DNA from: Candidatus Heimdallarchaeum endolithica
Lineage (GTDB): Archaea; Asgardarchaeota; Heimdallarchaeia; Heimdallarchaeales; Heimdallarchaeaceae
DNA length: 64,000 nt
NCBI GenBank assembly: GCA_021513715.1
Contig: CP084167.1
Span: 1,184,001-1,248,000, forward strand
Reading direction: 5' to 3'
The notes under the pieces: model-generated
Database searches by the model: none
What the model was told of the DNA's origin: nothing
The model's input: the letters and a program-made list of their open reading frames with translations, nothing else
Translations under genes and position numbers: made by a program
Shown here: piece after piece, positions 9,938 through 20,675 of the stretch
Layout of the letters: each line of letters begins with the position of its first letter
How positions within the stretch are numbered: the first letter of the stretch is position 1

Positions 9938-12421
9938 ATGAAAATCATGACTAAAAAGACACTAAGAGAGATTATGAACAATAAATTCCGTAGTTTAAGT
10001 ATTGTACTTATAGTTGCAATAAGTTTAGGAATGCTAGTTGGTTTACGTGCGGCAGAGCCAGGTCTTTTTGCTACTTATAAATTAAATATGAGGGAACAAA
10101 ATGTTGCAGATGGAACATTTTCATTTACTCAAATGATTGATGAATCAAATGTTACCGCAATTTCGAACAATCAAACTTTCCTTCAACACTCAGACATCTC
10201 GGAGATTGAAGGAAGAATATTTTACAGTACTGAATTAATATTCAATGATGAATCTTTTAAAGCATATGTTATAGGAATAGATTTTCCGAATAAACTAAAT
10301 GTACTAAATATTGAGGAAAAAGCTGATGATATAGCTGATGATAACACAATATTAGATAAAAATAACAGCTGTTTAGTTGAAATAAGATTTGCTGGTCATA
10401 AAATCAAATTTCTGGGGCAAAATGTTCCTTTGAACGCTAATCTAACGGTTAATTTTATGGGTAATGATGTAAATTTAACAGTTAAAGGGATTGCGCAAGA
10501 TAGTTATTACACATATCTTGTTGATGAAATCTCTAAAATCCCTCTCCTCGGGAATCTGGCAGTAATATGGGTAAATATTGATACTGTTAGAAATTTACTG
10601 AATGTAAGTAAAACAGCAATTAATCAAATTTTGTTTACGGTAAAAGAGAGATTCAATAAAGATATGATATATAAAGCAGTGGGACATTTGACTAATTACT
10701 TTTCAGCAAACAATATTGAAACTAGTACAATTAAATTTACTATTTATGATGAAACAGATGAATACAATATGTTCTTAGGCGATGCAGGAGCAGCTGATAA
10801 GGCAGGATCTTTTTTCGCAACCTTAGGTTTAATTATATGTGTAGTAATCATTTCTAACACAGTTTCTAAACTTATATATTCTCAGAGAAAAAACATAGGA
10901 TTATTCCTAGCAATGGGTTCAAAGAAGAAAGAGATAGTTTTTCACTATTTAGGAATTGTTATGTTTCTATCGATTGTTGGAATTATTCTAGGAATTCCCC
11001 TCGCCTTGTATCTTATAATATCAATAGTTAAAGCTACTATAAAGATTTATGGTTTTCATTTAGTAGCTAAAACTATCCCACTTGATGAGTTTATTATTGG
11101 TACTACTGTAACTTTTGTTATTTGCGCTTTGAGTTCTGTTCTAAGTTCCTTACCCATTACTAGAACGACTCCTAGAGAAGCAATGAGTGTAGCTTTCTCA
11201 AGAATCACAATTACTGGAAAAACCCTAATTGAAAGATCTTTAAGTTGGATTCCTGTTCTGAATTCAATTTTCCTACGTATTCCTCTTCGAGAAGTATTTC
11301 TAAAAAAGAAAAAATCAATGATTACTATTCTTGCACTTACAACTTCTATGATTTTTCTTATAATCTCTGCTTCTATGATTTATAATGCTATAAGTTCAAT
11401 GGAGAAAAATTTCGATGTTTACAACAATTTCGATGTCAAAGTTACTTTTAGCGTACCTGTCCCCATTCAAAAAATATCTACATTCTTTAAAGAAAATAGT
11501 GATAAACTAGAAAATATAACATATCACGAAATATTTATGAGCTTTTACACAAAAATAATAAAAAACGATGAACTACTAACATGGTCTCAATTTGAATGCT
11601 ATCAAACAAACTCAACTTTACGTAATTATCATGTAATTAAGGGGGACGTTACTAAAAAAGAAGACTTAGGTAGCAGTACTATTTTATTGGGTAAATCGCT
11701 TGCTGAAAAATACGACATTAAGATAGGAAATAGTATTAACATTGGGATCTTAGGAAATTATACAGTAGAAGTAGTAGGATTAGTAGGTGAACTAGTAGAT
11801 TATTCAGTATTGTGGACAATCGAATCATTTCAAGAAAGTGGAGCAAATGCTTATTTTGGCATTCCTAAAAACTATATTAATGGGATAACATTTAATGTTA
11901 AACCAGGTACAGATCTAAAGATATTAAGAAAGATTTTCGAGGAAAATTTTTACATAGATACTTGGACAGATCAACAAACAGCAAGGAACTCAAGTTTAGC
12001 TTTACTCGAATCTTCTTTAGGAATATTGATGGTTTTCTTAGGAATTGGAATAGCTATTGGTATAATATTTTCTTTTCAAACTATGTATATGTCATTTATA
12101 GATAGACACCTTGATTTTATCGCTTTTAAGGCAATGGGAACAAAACTGAAACATATACGGAGGATAATCTTTATTGAAAATGGTATTTTAAGCCTATTTT
12201 CTTTGGTTTTATCAGTACCTATTGGATACATCACATATCGTTGGAGTATTGACTATATGATGGGAGATACATTTTATATTCCTTATATCATTCCATTATT
12301 TATATGGCCAATCATTCTCTTTCTTTCACTTTCGTCAATCTATTTAGCAACATTAAGATTGATGAGAAAAATCAAGAAGATGAAACTTGCTGATGAACTG
12401 AGACAAACAGGAGTATCTTAA
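9938..12421 (+). CDS. ABC transporter permease, FtsX/MacB-like (two repeats)
   Basis: Two units of an extracellular domain plus TM helices, with LAMG/KAMG motifs; directly follows the ATPase. Confidence 0.9.
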   Translation: MKIMTKKTLREIMNNKFRSLSIVLIVAISLGMLVGLRAAEPGLFATYKLNMREQNVADGTFSFTQMIDESNVTAISNNQTFLQHSDISEIEGRIFYSTELIFNDESFKAYVIGIDFPNKLNVLNIEEKADDIADDNTILDKNNSCLVEIRFAGHKIKFLGQNVPLNANLTVNFMGNDVNLTVKGIAQDSYYTYLVDEISKIPLLGNLAVIWVNIDTVRNLLNVSKTAINQILFTVKERFNKDMIYKAVGHLTNYFSANNIETSTIKFTIYDETDEYNMFLGDAGAADKAGSFFATLGLIICVVIISNTVSKLIYSQRKNIGLFLAMGSKKKEIVFHYLGIVMFLSIVGIILGIPLALYLIISIVKATIKIYGFHLVAKTIPLDEFIIGTTVTFVICALSSVLSSLPITRTTPREAMSVAFSRITITGKTLIERSLSWIPVLNSIFLRIPLREVFLKKKKSMITILALTTSMIFLIISASMIYNAISSMEKNFDVYNNFDVKVTFSVPVPIQKISTFFKENSDKLENITYHEIFMSFYTKIIKNDELLTWSQFECYQTNSTLRNYHVIKGDVTKKEDLGSSTILLGKSLAEKYDIKIGNSINIGILGNYTVEVVGLVGELVDYSVLWTIESFQESGANAYFGIPKNYINGITFNVKPGTDLKILRKIFEENFYIDTWTDQQTARNSSLALLESSLGILMVFLGIGIAIGIIFSFQTMYMSFIDRHLDFIAFKAMGTKLKHIRRIIFIENGILSLFSLVLSVPIGYITYRWSIDYMMGDTFYIPYIIPLFIWPIILFLSLSSIYLATLRLMRKIKKMKLADELRQTGVS

Positions 12422-12472
12422 TTTTTCTTTTTCTTTCAAAAATTTTTTATTTGCTTTATCTTTTTTAAAATT

Positions 12473-13192
12473 ATGACTGAACTTTTATTTCGAGATGATT
12501 CATATTTAACCGAATTTAAAGCAAAGATACTTACCATTGAAGAAAATGCAGTGATTTTAGATAAAACAGCTTTTTCTTTTCAAGGAGGAGGACTTAAATC
12601 TGATACGGGTGTCATCACAACTCCAGAGGGAGTAGAGTTTGAAGTTACAAAAGTTTTATCTCAGAAGGGAAAAATTTTACATTTTCTTAATCCATCTCCT
12701 TCAGAGGATTTAGTGGGAAAGGAAATAACTGGTAAAATTGATTGGGAGAGAAGATTTAGACAGATGAGAATGCATACATGCCTTCATGCCATTTCTGCTA
12801 TACTTTACAAAAAATATGGGGTTCATGTCACAGGAGGAGATATTAAACCAGAAAAAAGCAGAGTAGATTTTGAAATTGACCATCTTAGAGAAGAACGAGT
12901 CAAAGAGATCAAGGAAGCAATAGATAAAATAATTGAAAAAGATCATCCTATATCTGTATCTTATATAAGAAGAGAAGAAGCTCTCAAAAATCTAGACCTC
13001 ATTCGTACAAAAGTTAACCTTATTCCTGAATCTATAAAAATTCTGCGTATTGTTGAGATAGAAGGGGTCGACATCCAAGCTGATGGAGGAGTTCATGTTA
13101 AAAGCACAAAAGAAATCGGTGAATTCATTCCTCTAAAAACTGAAAATAGAGGGAAGAATCATAAAAGATTATATTTTACTGTAAAACCCTAA
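12473..13192 (+). CDS. alaXM: Alanyl-tRNA editing protein AlaX-M
   Basis: GGGLKSDTG, HTCLH and ADGGVHV motifs. Confidence 0.9.
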   Translation: MTELLFRDDSYLTEFKAKILTIEENAVILDKTAFSFQGGGLKSDTGVITTPEGVEFEVTKVLSQKGKILHFLNPSPSEDLVGKEITGKIDWERRFRQMRMHTCLHAISAILYKKYGVHVTGGDIKPEKSRVDFEIDHLREERVKEIKEAIDKIIEKDHPISVSYIRREEALKNLDLIRTKVNLIPESIKILRIVEIEGVDIQADGGVHVKSTKEIGEFIPLKTENRGKNHKRLYFTVKP

Positions 13193-13522
13193 TCACGTTT
13201 ATTTTTTAAAAAGCCTAAAACGAACAACTAATCTTTAGAGTTACTATGGTTTTTAATTTTTTATTTATTATCTGTATTTTTTCACAATAGCTAAACATTT
13301 TGGAAATAGTAAGAACTATATTTTCATTAATAATTCTTTAAGGTATTAAAAACTTGATGATTTTTGAACATTTTTTCAATAACTAATACACTCAAACAAT
13401 TTTCTAATAAAATGCTATATTAAACGACAACATTAAAACAAGTTTAAAAAAATCTAATCTAAACTTAACCAAAACCTTAAAAATGTTTGAAAAAAACCCA
13501 ACAACAAGAATAAATAGATATT

Positions 13523-14446
13523 GTGATGTACATGAACAAATCGAAAATTTTTGGAATACTCCTAACATTAACAATGGTTGGTTTGAGTTTAACATCCTCC
13601 TCATTAAATAGTCTAGCTTATGATCAACTTGAAGAAATGAATTCACTAAGAGCAACAGTCATAAAACCACATGACATCATCAGCCAAGATTATCTTAACG
13701 CTTTTTCGTATTCTAACCAAATCAGGATTGGAAAACTGATTAAGTTTAATGTAAGAGATCTTGAACGAACTGAGGATATTCATGTTCAAGAAGGAGACAA
13801 GAGGATAAAGAAAGGAGATAAAATTATTATTAGAATTGAGGCAGAACCTGATTTGAATCTGAACCACCCTGATCAATGGGCTCTAATTTATGTCAATGAC
13901 GTTAAAGCTCTTTACGCCAAAGAATCATACCAAATTGCTCGCTTTTTCCATTACATATTACCAAAAACTGTTAATATTTCGATGGTTGATTTTGCTCAAG
14001 ACTTAGATGGTTCTATGTTTGGAAATTATCCAATTGGAACAGAAGTAGTTAGTTTCTTCGATTTTGTAAAATACTTTAAAGAAACAGGAAATCCTGACTT
14101 CCAAACATGGGAATTTGAAGGAAACACAGCAATTTATGAATACGATCAGATTATAGCTACAGGGAACACTTCACATACAAAATTAATTTACGATATGGAT
14201 TCAAGTTTCTTAAATGAATACTACTATTCTGAAGTTCATACAGTCAATGGAGAAGTAGTTGGTAGCGCAAATATGACTTTAATTAGAACTCACGGATGGG
14301 GACTTCCTTATAATGTTAGTACTTTAGTTGTTTGGATACCAATTCTAGTCTTTACAATAGCAATTATTATAGCTATTAGATTAAAGGTTGCCCAAAGAAT
14401 TAAAATCTACTTTGAAGCGAAAAAACTAGCAAAGAGAGAAGGGTAG
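13523..14446 (+). CDS. Secreted, C-terminally anchored hypothetical protein
   Basis: N-terminal signal peptide, beta-rich ectodomain, C-terminal TM helix and basic tail. Confidence 0.7.
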   Translation: MMYMNKSKIFGILLTLTMVGLSLTSSSLNSLAYDQLEEMNSLRATVIKPHDIISQDYLNAFSYSNQIRIGKLIKFNVRDLERTEDIHVQEGDKRIKKGDKIIIRIEAEPDLNLNHPDQWALIYVNDVKALYAKESYQIARFFHYILPKTVNISMVDFAQDLDGSMFGNYPIGTEVVSFFDFVKYFKETGNPDFQTWEFEGNTAIYEYDQIIATGNTSHTKLIYDMDSSFLNEYYYSEVHTVNGEVVGSANMTLIRTHGWGLPYNVSTLVVWIPILVFTIAIIIAIRLKVAQRIKIYFEAKKLAKREG

Positions 14447-14570
14447 GGTTACCTGTTTTTTCTTTTTTATTTTCAAATTTCATTTTTTAATTTATTGTTT
14501 TCCGAACAAAAATAATTTTTAAATATATCTTTCTACATCGTATTACTTCCCTAGAAAAAGAGGTGAACAA

Positions 14571-16109
14571 ATGCCAAACATGAAAACTAAACAAATAGAT
14601 GTTAACGTTGACAATAATATTGTAATAATAAATGAAAAGACTTTAGATAATGAGAAAATTAAACATTCTTCTTATGTAAAAATAAGGAGTAAAGACAAAG
14701 AAGTTTTATGTCAAGTTGTAGCTACAACTTCACTGATACCTGAAGGTTATGCTGGTTTAACTCCTAAAATTATTAGTGAATTAAAAGTAAAAGAAGAAGA
14801 TGTTGTAAATATTTTTGCTAGAAAAATTCCTCTATCAATTGAATATGTAAAGAAAAAAAGAATGGGAACAATCTGGACAGAGAATCAGATTAGGCAAATT
14901 GTAAATGATATTTGTGCTGGTCAATATACAGATTTAGAAATTGGAATGTTTACTCTTTCCCAATATTTTATTGGATTAACAATGGATGAAATAGCCTCTC
15001 TAACTAAGAATATGGCAGAATATGGCACAACTTTACAGTTTGGAGAGCCTGTTTATGATAAACACAGCATAGGTGGAGTTCCAGGAAATAAAGTTAGTCT
15101 ACTAATTGTTCCTATAGTAGCAGCTGCAGGATTACTTATTCCTAAAACTAGTTCTCGTGCTATTACAAGTCCATCAGGAACAGCAGATACAATGGAAGTT
15201 TTAGCTGAAGTTAACTTTTCAGCAGACGAAATACTTGAAATCGCACCAAAAGTAAGAGGAATGCTAGTATGGGGAGGTACCCTTGATTTATCTCCACTAG
15301 ATGAAATAGTGATACACAAAGTAGAACGTCCATTAAGCATTGATCCCCATAGCCAAATGCTAGCAAGTATTTTTAGTAAAAAAATATCCACTGGAGTAGA
15401 TTACTTAGTATTAGATATGCCTACTGGAACTGGAACAAAAATGCCTACAAGAGAGGATGCAATAAACTATGCTCATGAAGCAACAGAACTTGGTAGAAGA
15501 CTCGGAATCAGGGTAGAGGCAGCATTAAGTTATGGAGATCAACCTGTAGGACGAGCTATTGGACCAGCTTTAGAAGCAAAAGAAGCTTTGTTAACTTTAG
15601 AAGGTAAAGGATCAAAGAGTGTTCTTGAGAAAAGCATAGAACTAGCTGGAATACTATTTGAGATGGCAGGATTAGCTCCTCCAACAAAAGGTTCAGAATT
15701 AGCTCTTAAATACATCAAGAGCGGTAAAGCCAAAGAAAAAATGGAAGAGATTATAGGAGTACAAGGCGGAGATCCATCAATAAAACCAGAAGACATTCCT
15801 GTTGGAAGTAAAACACAAACAATTGAATCTCCTCATGATGGATACATCGTAAAGTTATCTAACTCTGCTGTTAAAAAAATCGCTTTTACTGCTGGAGCAC
15901 CAAGACATAAAGAAGCAGGTGTTTACTTACATAAGAAGATAGGAGAATTTGTAAGAAAAGGAGAGCCACTATATACAGTCTATGCCAATAGTGAAGGAAG
16001 GCTTACTGATGCAGTAAATGTTGGAGCTAATCTTCGACCTTACTCTATTGAAGGAATGATAATTCAAAGAATTTCTTCAGGTCCTAGAAACCAAGATATA
16101 AAAGAGTAA
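14571..16109 (+). CDS. deoA: AMP phosphorylase
   Basis: DKHSIGGVPGNK and KTSSRAITSPSGTADTME motifs plus the archaeal N-terminal domain; SD GAGGTGA. Confidence 0.92.
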   Translation: MPNMKTKQIDVNVDNNIVIINEKTLDNEKIKHSSYVKIRSKDKEVLCQVVATTSLIPEGYAGLTPKIISELKVKEEDVVNIFARKIPLSIEYVKKKRMGTIWTENQIRQIVNDICAGQYTDLEIGMFTLSQYFIGLTMDEIASLTKNMAEYGTTLQFGEPVYDKHSIGGVPGNKVSLLIVPIVAAAGLLIPKTSSRAITSPSGTADTMEVLAEVNFSADEILEIAPKVRGMLVWGGTLDLSPLDEIVIHKVERPLSIDPHSQMLASIFSKKISTGVDYLVLDMPTGTGTKMPTREDAINYAHEATELGRRLGIRVEAALSYGDQPVGRAIGPALEAKEALLTLEGKGSKSVLEKSIELAGILFEMAGLAPPTKGSELALKYIKSGKAKEKMEEIIGVQGGDPSIKPEDIPVGSKTQTIESPHDGYIVKLSNSAVKKIAFTAGAPRHKEAGVYLHKKIGEFVRKGEPLYTVYANSEGRLTDAVNVGANLRPYSIEGMIIQRISSGPRNQDIKE

Positions 16110-16111
16110 AA

Positions 16112-16573
16112 TTACTTTTTAGTATCTTTTTTCTCTTTTTTTGCTTTTTTTTCAAACATCATCCTATGCATATAGAGAGATTGATCAACGAATTTCAGTT
16201 CAAAGCCTAATTTTTCCCAAAAACCTGCTACAAAAGGAGTACATGATAAAATTATTGTATCGTTTTCAAGTACTTTTTCAAGCAAGAGTTCTGCACACTT
16301 TCTACCGTAACCTAGTCCCCTTTTATCCTCTCTAACTTCAAAAACATAAATTATTGGTGAGCCATAAGTATAAAAACTCCCATTATTTAATTCATCGTCA
16401 GGAATAACTGCAGAAACTGCAACCATTTTATCTTTTAAAAAAAAGCCATAAATTTGAATTGAATCATCAATAGAAATTTTATATGAAATAAAAAATGGGA
16501 AGAGAACATCTGAAACATCGTCTACACTTATAAGTACTACTCTAATCTCTTCATTTTTCGTAATAATTTTCAC
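16112..16573 (-). CDS. GNAT family acetyltransferase
   Basis: V...RGLGYG acetyl-CoA motif and FWEKLGF. Confidence 0.85.
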   Translation of the reverse strand: MKIITKNEEIRVVLISVDDVSDVLFPFFISYKISIDDSIQIYGFFLKDKMVAVSAVIPDDELNNGSFYTYGSPIIYVFEVREDKRGLGYGRKCAELLLEKVLENDTIILSCTPFVAGFWEKLGFELKFVDQSLYMHRMMFEKKAKKEKKDTKK

Positions 16574-16689
16574 TGTTTTACCCCCTAAATATAGCCATAT
16601 CCTCTGTTATTTTATTGATTACTGCTTTGCTTTTTTAGTGTAGCTAAAGAGGAAAAGGTTTTTTACTTAAGTAATCAATTTTTATAAGA

Positions 16690-17883
16690 ATGTCTCCGTT
16701 TAACTTCGTAGAAGAAGCTATGATTGGAAGATCAGTTTTTAAGAACGAATCTTCCTTGTTCCCAGAATATGTTCCTCAAGAGCTTCCTTGTAGAGAAGAA
16801 GAGATTAAACGTTTAGCTCAAAATTTCAGAATACTGATAGAGGATGAAGGTTCTTTTTCAGTTAATGTTGCAATAGTAGGACAAGCAGGAGTTGGAAAAA
16901 CTGCATTATGTAAATATACAATGGAAAGAGTTGAACAAATAGCAAATCAAAGAAATAGAGCAGTAAAATTTGTTTACTATAATTGTCATTCATTTAGAAG
17001 CAAGACAGCAATACTTAGAAATATTTTGACTGAACACTTTGGAATTAGATCCAGAGGTTTTAGTGACGAAGAAATTTTAGAGATGCTTGTCAAGAGATTG
17101 TCTAAAGAAGGAATTAGACTAATTATAGCACTAGATGAAGCTAATATGCTTGATTCACAAGATATCCTAAGCATATTTCATGCAGGTGAATATTTTGGTT
17201 CTAAACACAGCATGATTTCTACAATAATCATTTCTCGTCCTGTAGAATGGTCTTCACTCCTAAATGTCCCGCTTTCAGGTCATATTCATGACCAAATGGA
17301 TATTCAAGGATATACCCGTGAAGAAATTTTGGAGATTCTGAAATACAGAGCAGAGATCGCTTTATATGAAACTTCTTATTCAGAAGAAACATTACAATTA
17401 ATTGCTGATATTTCTTCAAGTTCTAGAAATGCTCGCCACGGGCTAGAGATCTTATACCGTGCAGGTAAAATAGCAGATAGAAAAGGAGAAAAGTTCATCA
17501 AACCTGACTACATTCGCGCAGCTAAAGCAGATGTTTATCCAGAATTAAGGAGAGATGTCTTCAAAGAACTAAAAGAACAAGAATTAGCTGCAGCTTTAGG
17601 TGTTGGAAGAAGTTTAAGGGTAGAAGGAGTTACTGCAACAACAATAGATGAAGCTTATGAATATTATATAGTAGCATGTGAAGAGTTCAATATCGAAACT
17701 AAAAGTAAGTCTACTTTTAGGAGTTCAATTGAAATATTAAATAAAGTAGGCATTTTAAGTAAATCAGTTGGGCCTATAGAAACAGGAAAAAGAGGAAGAA
17801 GAGCTAAAATCACAACCTACGACATCCCAGTTTCAGTTTTAATTGAAAGAATAGAAAATATTCTAAAACAAAAAGTAATGTAA
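16690..17883 (+). CDS. cdc6: Orc1/Cdc6 replication initiator family protein
   Basis: YVP..LPCRE, Walker A GQAGVGKT, Walker B LDEA, C-terminal winged helix with RGR. Confidence 0.92.
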   Translation: MSPFNFVEEAMIGRSVFKNESSLFPEYVPQELPCREEEIKRLAQNFRILIEDEGSFSVNVAIVGQAGVGKTALCKYTMERVEQIANQRNRAVKFVYYNCHSFRSKTAILRNILTEHFGIRSRGFSDEEILEMLVKRLSKEGIRLIIALDEANMLDSQDILSIFHAGEYFGSKHSMISTIIISRPVEWSSLLNVPLSGHIHDQMDIQGYTREEILEILKYRAEIALYETSYSEETLQLIADISSSSRNARHGLEILYRAGKIADRKGEKFIKPDYIRAAKADVYPELRRDVFKELKEQELAAALGVGRSLRVEGVTATTIDEAYEYYIVACEEFNIETKSKSTFRSSIEILNKVGILSKSVGPIETGKRGRRAKITTYDIPVSVLIERIENILKQKVM

Positions 17884-17907
17884 AAAAAGATCCTTACAAA
17901 ATCTAAT

Positions 17908-18156
17908 CTATTCAACACAGATCATAGTCATCGAATCTTTAACTCCTTCCACAATAACTTTGTTATTTAACACTTGATTTTTCAGTTCATCCATACTATC
18001 AAAGGTAACTTTTACAATTAAATCATAAATTCCATATACAGCATGAATTTCGTTTACACCCTTTAACATTGATAATTTTTCACGTACTTCTTCTAACTTT
18101 CCTGGTTGAACATTTAATAGAATATATGCTGACTGAGTCATAATATCACATCTCAA
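17908..18156 (-). CDS. Stand-alone Lrp/AsnC ligand-binding (RAM) domain protein
   Basis: AYILLNV.PG...VYGIYDLIVKV pattern; no HTH. Confidence 0.85.
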   Translation of the reverse strand: MRCDIMTQSAYILLNVQPGKLEEVREKLSMLKGVNEIHAVYGIYDLIVKVTFDSMDELKNQVLNNKVIVEGVKDSMTMICVE

Positions 18157-18383
18157 ACTTATAAATCAACAAAAAAAAATGAATATAAAAGTTTAAACAT
18201 CTGGACATCAATTCAATTTTTGTACATTTTTTACTCCTATCTTGCTCTAATGTTAAATATTTAAAAAAATGGCTAAACTCCTAGAACTGAAAGAGAAAGT
18301 TTAATCGCTCTTCAATTTTCTAAACAATCAATAGGTTTCTACAGAATAAATATCTGTCTTAATCTCAGAAAAAGAAAAAGAAG

Positions 18384-19595
18384 TTAGGTAGCTATACGTA
18401 ATTTTGCTTTACAAGTTGGACAAGTTCCTTTTTGAATAATCCATTGATAAAGATGATTTTTGTGGAAAATATTATCGCAAGAAGGACAACGAATAGAATT
18501 TTCAAGGTCATTAATACTTTGGAAGCAAATACCACATTTAAGTCTCATCTTGGATGTACCAACAAGTTTAAAATCCTTAGGAATTGAAGAAAAGTCCACT
18601 CTAATTGCATTTTCAGGTGAATATTGTGCTTTTTTATACTTTGAGGAAGGATGAAATTCAAAGCTTTGATTCTGTTTTTTTCTTCTTTTTCTAAACATAA
18701 TTAGTACAATTACAAAAACAGAGATAAAAAAAGGGCCAGAATAGAGCGATATTCGAAGAAGAACTACAATGAATCTTAAAAATGCAAAGAATTCTTCACT
18801 CTCATACCATTTTTCTATTTTAAAACTATACTCTCTACCAGAATCAATGGGAATAGAAGAAATAGGGCTATCTGTTTTGACTAGAAATAGTCTGACAATG
18901 TTTAGTTCTATAGCATGATCATAAAAAAGACTTATTGAAGCAAAAGAGGAGGGTATTTTTGTCTCATTGAAAACAATAGAAAACCATTCAACTTTTTTGA
19001 TGCTTTCTGTTAGTATTAACTGAGAAAAAATATGAGAAGTAGGTCCTTCAAATGTCCAAGAATAAATAGTATTGTTAGATTGATTGCGTATTGCGATATC
19101 AAGGCTGGAAATGTTTTCATCGTAAAAAATAATATTAATATGTAGTTTCTTTAGCTCTGTAAAATGATCTGGAATTCGTTCTAAACTAAAATATAGTTTA
19201 TTTGTTTGAGACAAGTTTACCAGAGAATTATAATTCCAAATTGTAGGATTAAAATTATTTAAACTCCAAGAGAAAACAATTTCTTGAACAAATGAGTTTT
19301 CAAACTTCAATACGTAAATTCCAGGTTTTAATTCATTTGTTTTAAGATAATGCTCCTTTTCATCTTCGACGCTGATCAACCAACTATGAAGAATAGTCTC
19401 ATCTTCTTCTTCAAGAAGGAATATAGTAAGCCCAGTATATTCATCTTCCAATAGGATTTTACCCCAAACATTTACTAAAACTGAAATTTCAAGAGTTATA
19501 GGCTCATCAATATAGAGGTAGTATTTTACATTGGAGAATACATCATTTAGCTTTACAGAAAAAGATGAATCCAATCCTTTTTCATTGAAATTCAT
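18384..19595 (-). CDS. Membrane protein with C-terminal RING-type zinc finger (putative E3 ligase)
   Basis: TM helix followed by RKRRKK, then CGIC-x12-CPSC-x4-H-x2-H...W...CPTC. Confidence 0.8.
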   Translation of the reverse strand: MNFNEKGLDSSFSVKLNDVFSNVKYYLYIDEPITLEISVLVNVWGKILLEDEYTGLTIFLLEEEDETILHSWLISVEDEKEHYLKTNELKPGIYVLKFENSFVQEIVFSWSLNNFNPTIWNYNSLVNLSQTNKLYFSLERIPDHFTELKKLHINIIFYDENISSLDIAIRNQSNNTIYSWTFEGPTSHIFSQLILTESIKKVEWFSIVFNETKIPSSFASISLFYDHAIELNIVRLFLVKTDSPISSIPIDSGREYSFKIEKWYESEEFFAFLRFIVVLLRISLYSGPFFISVFVIVLIMFRKRRKKQNQSFEFHPSSKYKKAQYSPENAIRVDFSSIPKDFKLVGTSKMRLKCGICFQSINDLENSIRCPSCDNIFHKNHLYQWIIQKGTCPTCKAKLRIAT

Positions 19596-19804
19596 GAAAT
19601 TAAAAAACTTTTCAGCAAAAGCAAATTTCTATGGACTAATCTCCTTAGCATGCCCAGAATGGAGTAAAGGAGAATACTTCTATATTCAAGAAAATTACAA
19701 GGCAAATGTTACAACATCTAGAGCAGATGTGTTAATGATATTTGTACCATTTGTAATAACATTCATCATCAATAAGAGAAGAAAGAGAAGAAAAAAATAA
19801 CAAT

Positions 19805-20479
19805 TTAATTATCAACTAGCTCTTGAGTAATAGAAAAACTAGTTTCAGCCTTAATTTGGCTGTAAAACTTTTTTAGTATTTTTAGCCGTCGTTTAGCAAG
19901 TTTTTGGGTAAAACGAAAATGCATCCTTGAGGGAAGAAGGAAAAGTTTCTCATCAAAATGGAGTAACATCTCATCTATGTCTCTATTGTGTTCTAAACTA
20001 AAAGAAATTACACGAAAAAGACCGATAGAACCTAAAGCATCCAACATATCAGCATCTTGTAAGATTTTACCCTCAATACTCGTAGGCTCCCTACTTTTAC
20101 TGAAACGATGTTCAAGAATATTAAGACGAACCTCCTCTGCTAAATCAGGAAAACCTCGCTCAGAAAGAAAGTCAAAAGCTATCCTTGAGCCTAGTTCAGC
20201 ATGGCACTCTCCAGTTTTAGACTCTTCTGGACGAGCAACATCATGAAAGAGTGCGCTTAACAAACAAACATCAATAAAAGCATGGAGCTTAACTCCAATA
20301 GAATAACATAAGTCAATAACACGAAGAGTATGCTCAAAAGAATGAGTAGAAGAATCATTGTCTAATCTAGAAGAAACAAAAGAATAACAGTCTCGAAAGA
20401 GCTGAAGAAATAAAGAATAATCAAGAATATATCTGGCTTTGTAATAAGAAAGCATTATAAAAAGAAAAGAAAAAAACAA
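19805..20479 (-). CDS. HD-domain phosphohydrolase
   Basis: H..EH..RV, ALFHD and QDADMLDALG motifs. Confidence 0.9.
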   Translation of the reverse strand: MFFSFLFIMLSYYKARYILDYSLFLQLFRDCYSFVSSRLDNDSSTHSFEHTLRVIDLCYSIGVKLHAFIDVCLLSALFHDVARPEESKTGECHAELGSRIAFDFLSERGFPDLAEEVRLNILEHRFSKSREPTSIEGKILQDADMLDALGSIGLFRVISFSLEHNRDIDEMLLHFDEKLFLLPSRMHFRFTQKLAKRRLKILKKFYSQIKAETSFSITQELVDN

Positions 20480-20598
20480 CTATTAATCTTTTCTAAAAAA
20501 AAGGAAAAAATGCTTAAAAAAACAAAATTTAGAATCGATAGAAAATTTTAAATGATAAAATAAAAAGAAAACTGTAGAAAGAAAGGAAAAAACAAAAA

Positions 20599-20675
20599 GA
20601 CCGGGTAGTCTAGCTTGGTATGATACATGCTTGGGGTGCATGTGATCCGGGGTTCAATTCCCCGCTCGGTCACCA
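20599..20675 (+). tRNA. tRNA-Pro(GGG), CCA encoded
   Basis: Acceptor GACCGGG/CTCGGTC; anticodon arm CATGC-TTGGGGT-GCATG; T arm CGGGG-TTCAATT-CCCCG; ends ACCA. Confidence 0.95.

Noticed and set aside
16574-16689. Replication origin beside cdc6
   Set aside because: The flanking intergenic regions are short and show no repeated ORB-like boxes with G-strings.
19531-19800. Plus-strand 89-aa ORF ending in a hydrophobic stretch and KRRKRRKK
   Set aside because: It overlaps the RING gene antisense, and its basic tail mirrors the minus-strand F/L codons. Not supportable, though not formally excluded.
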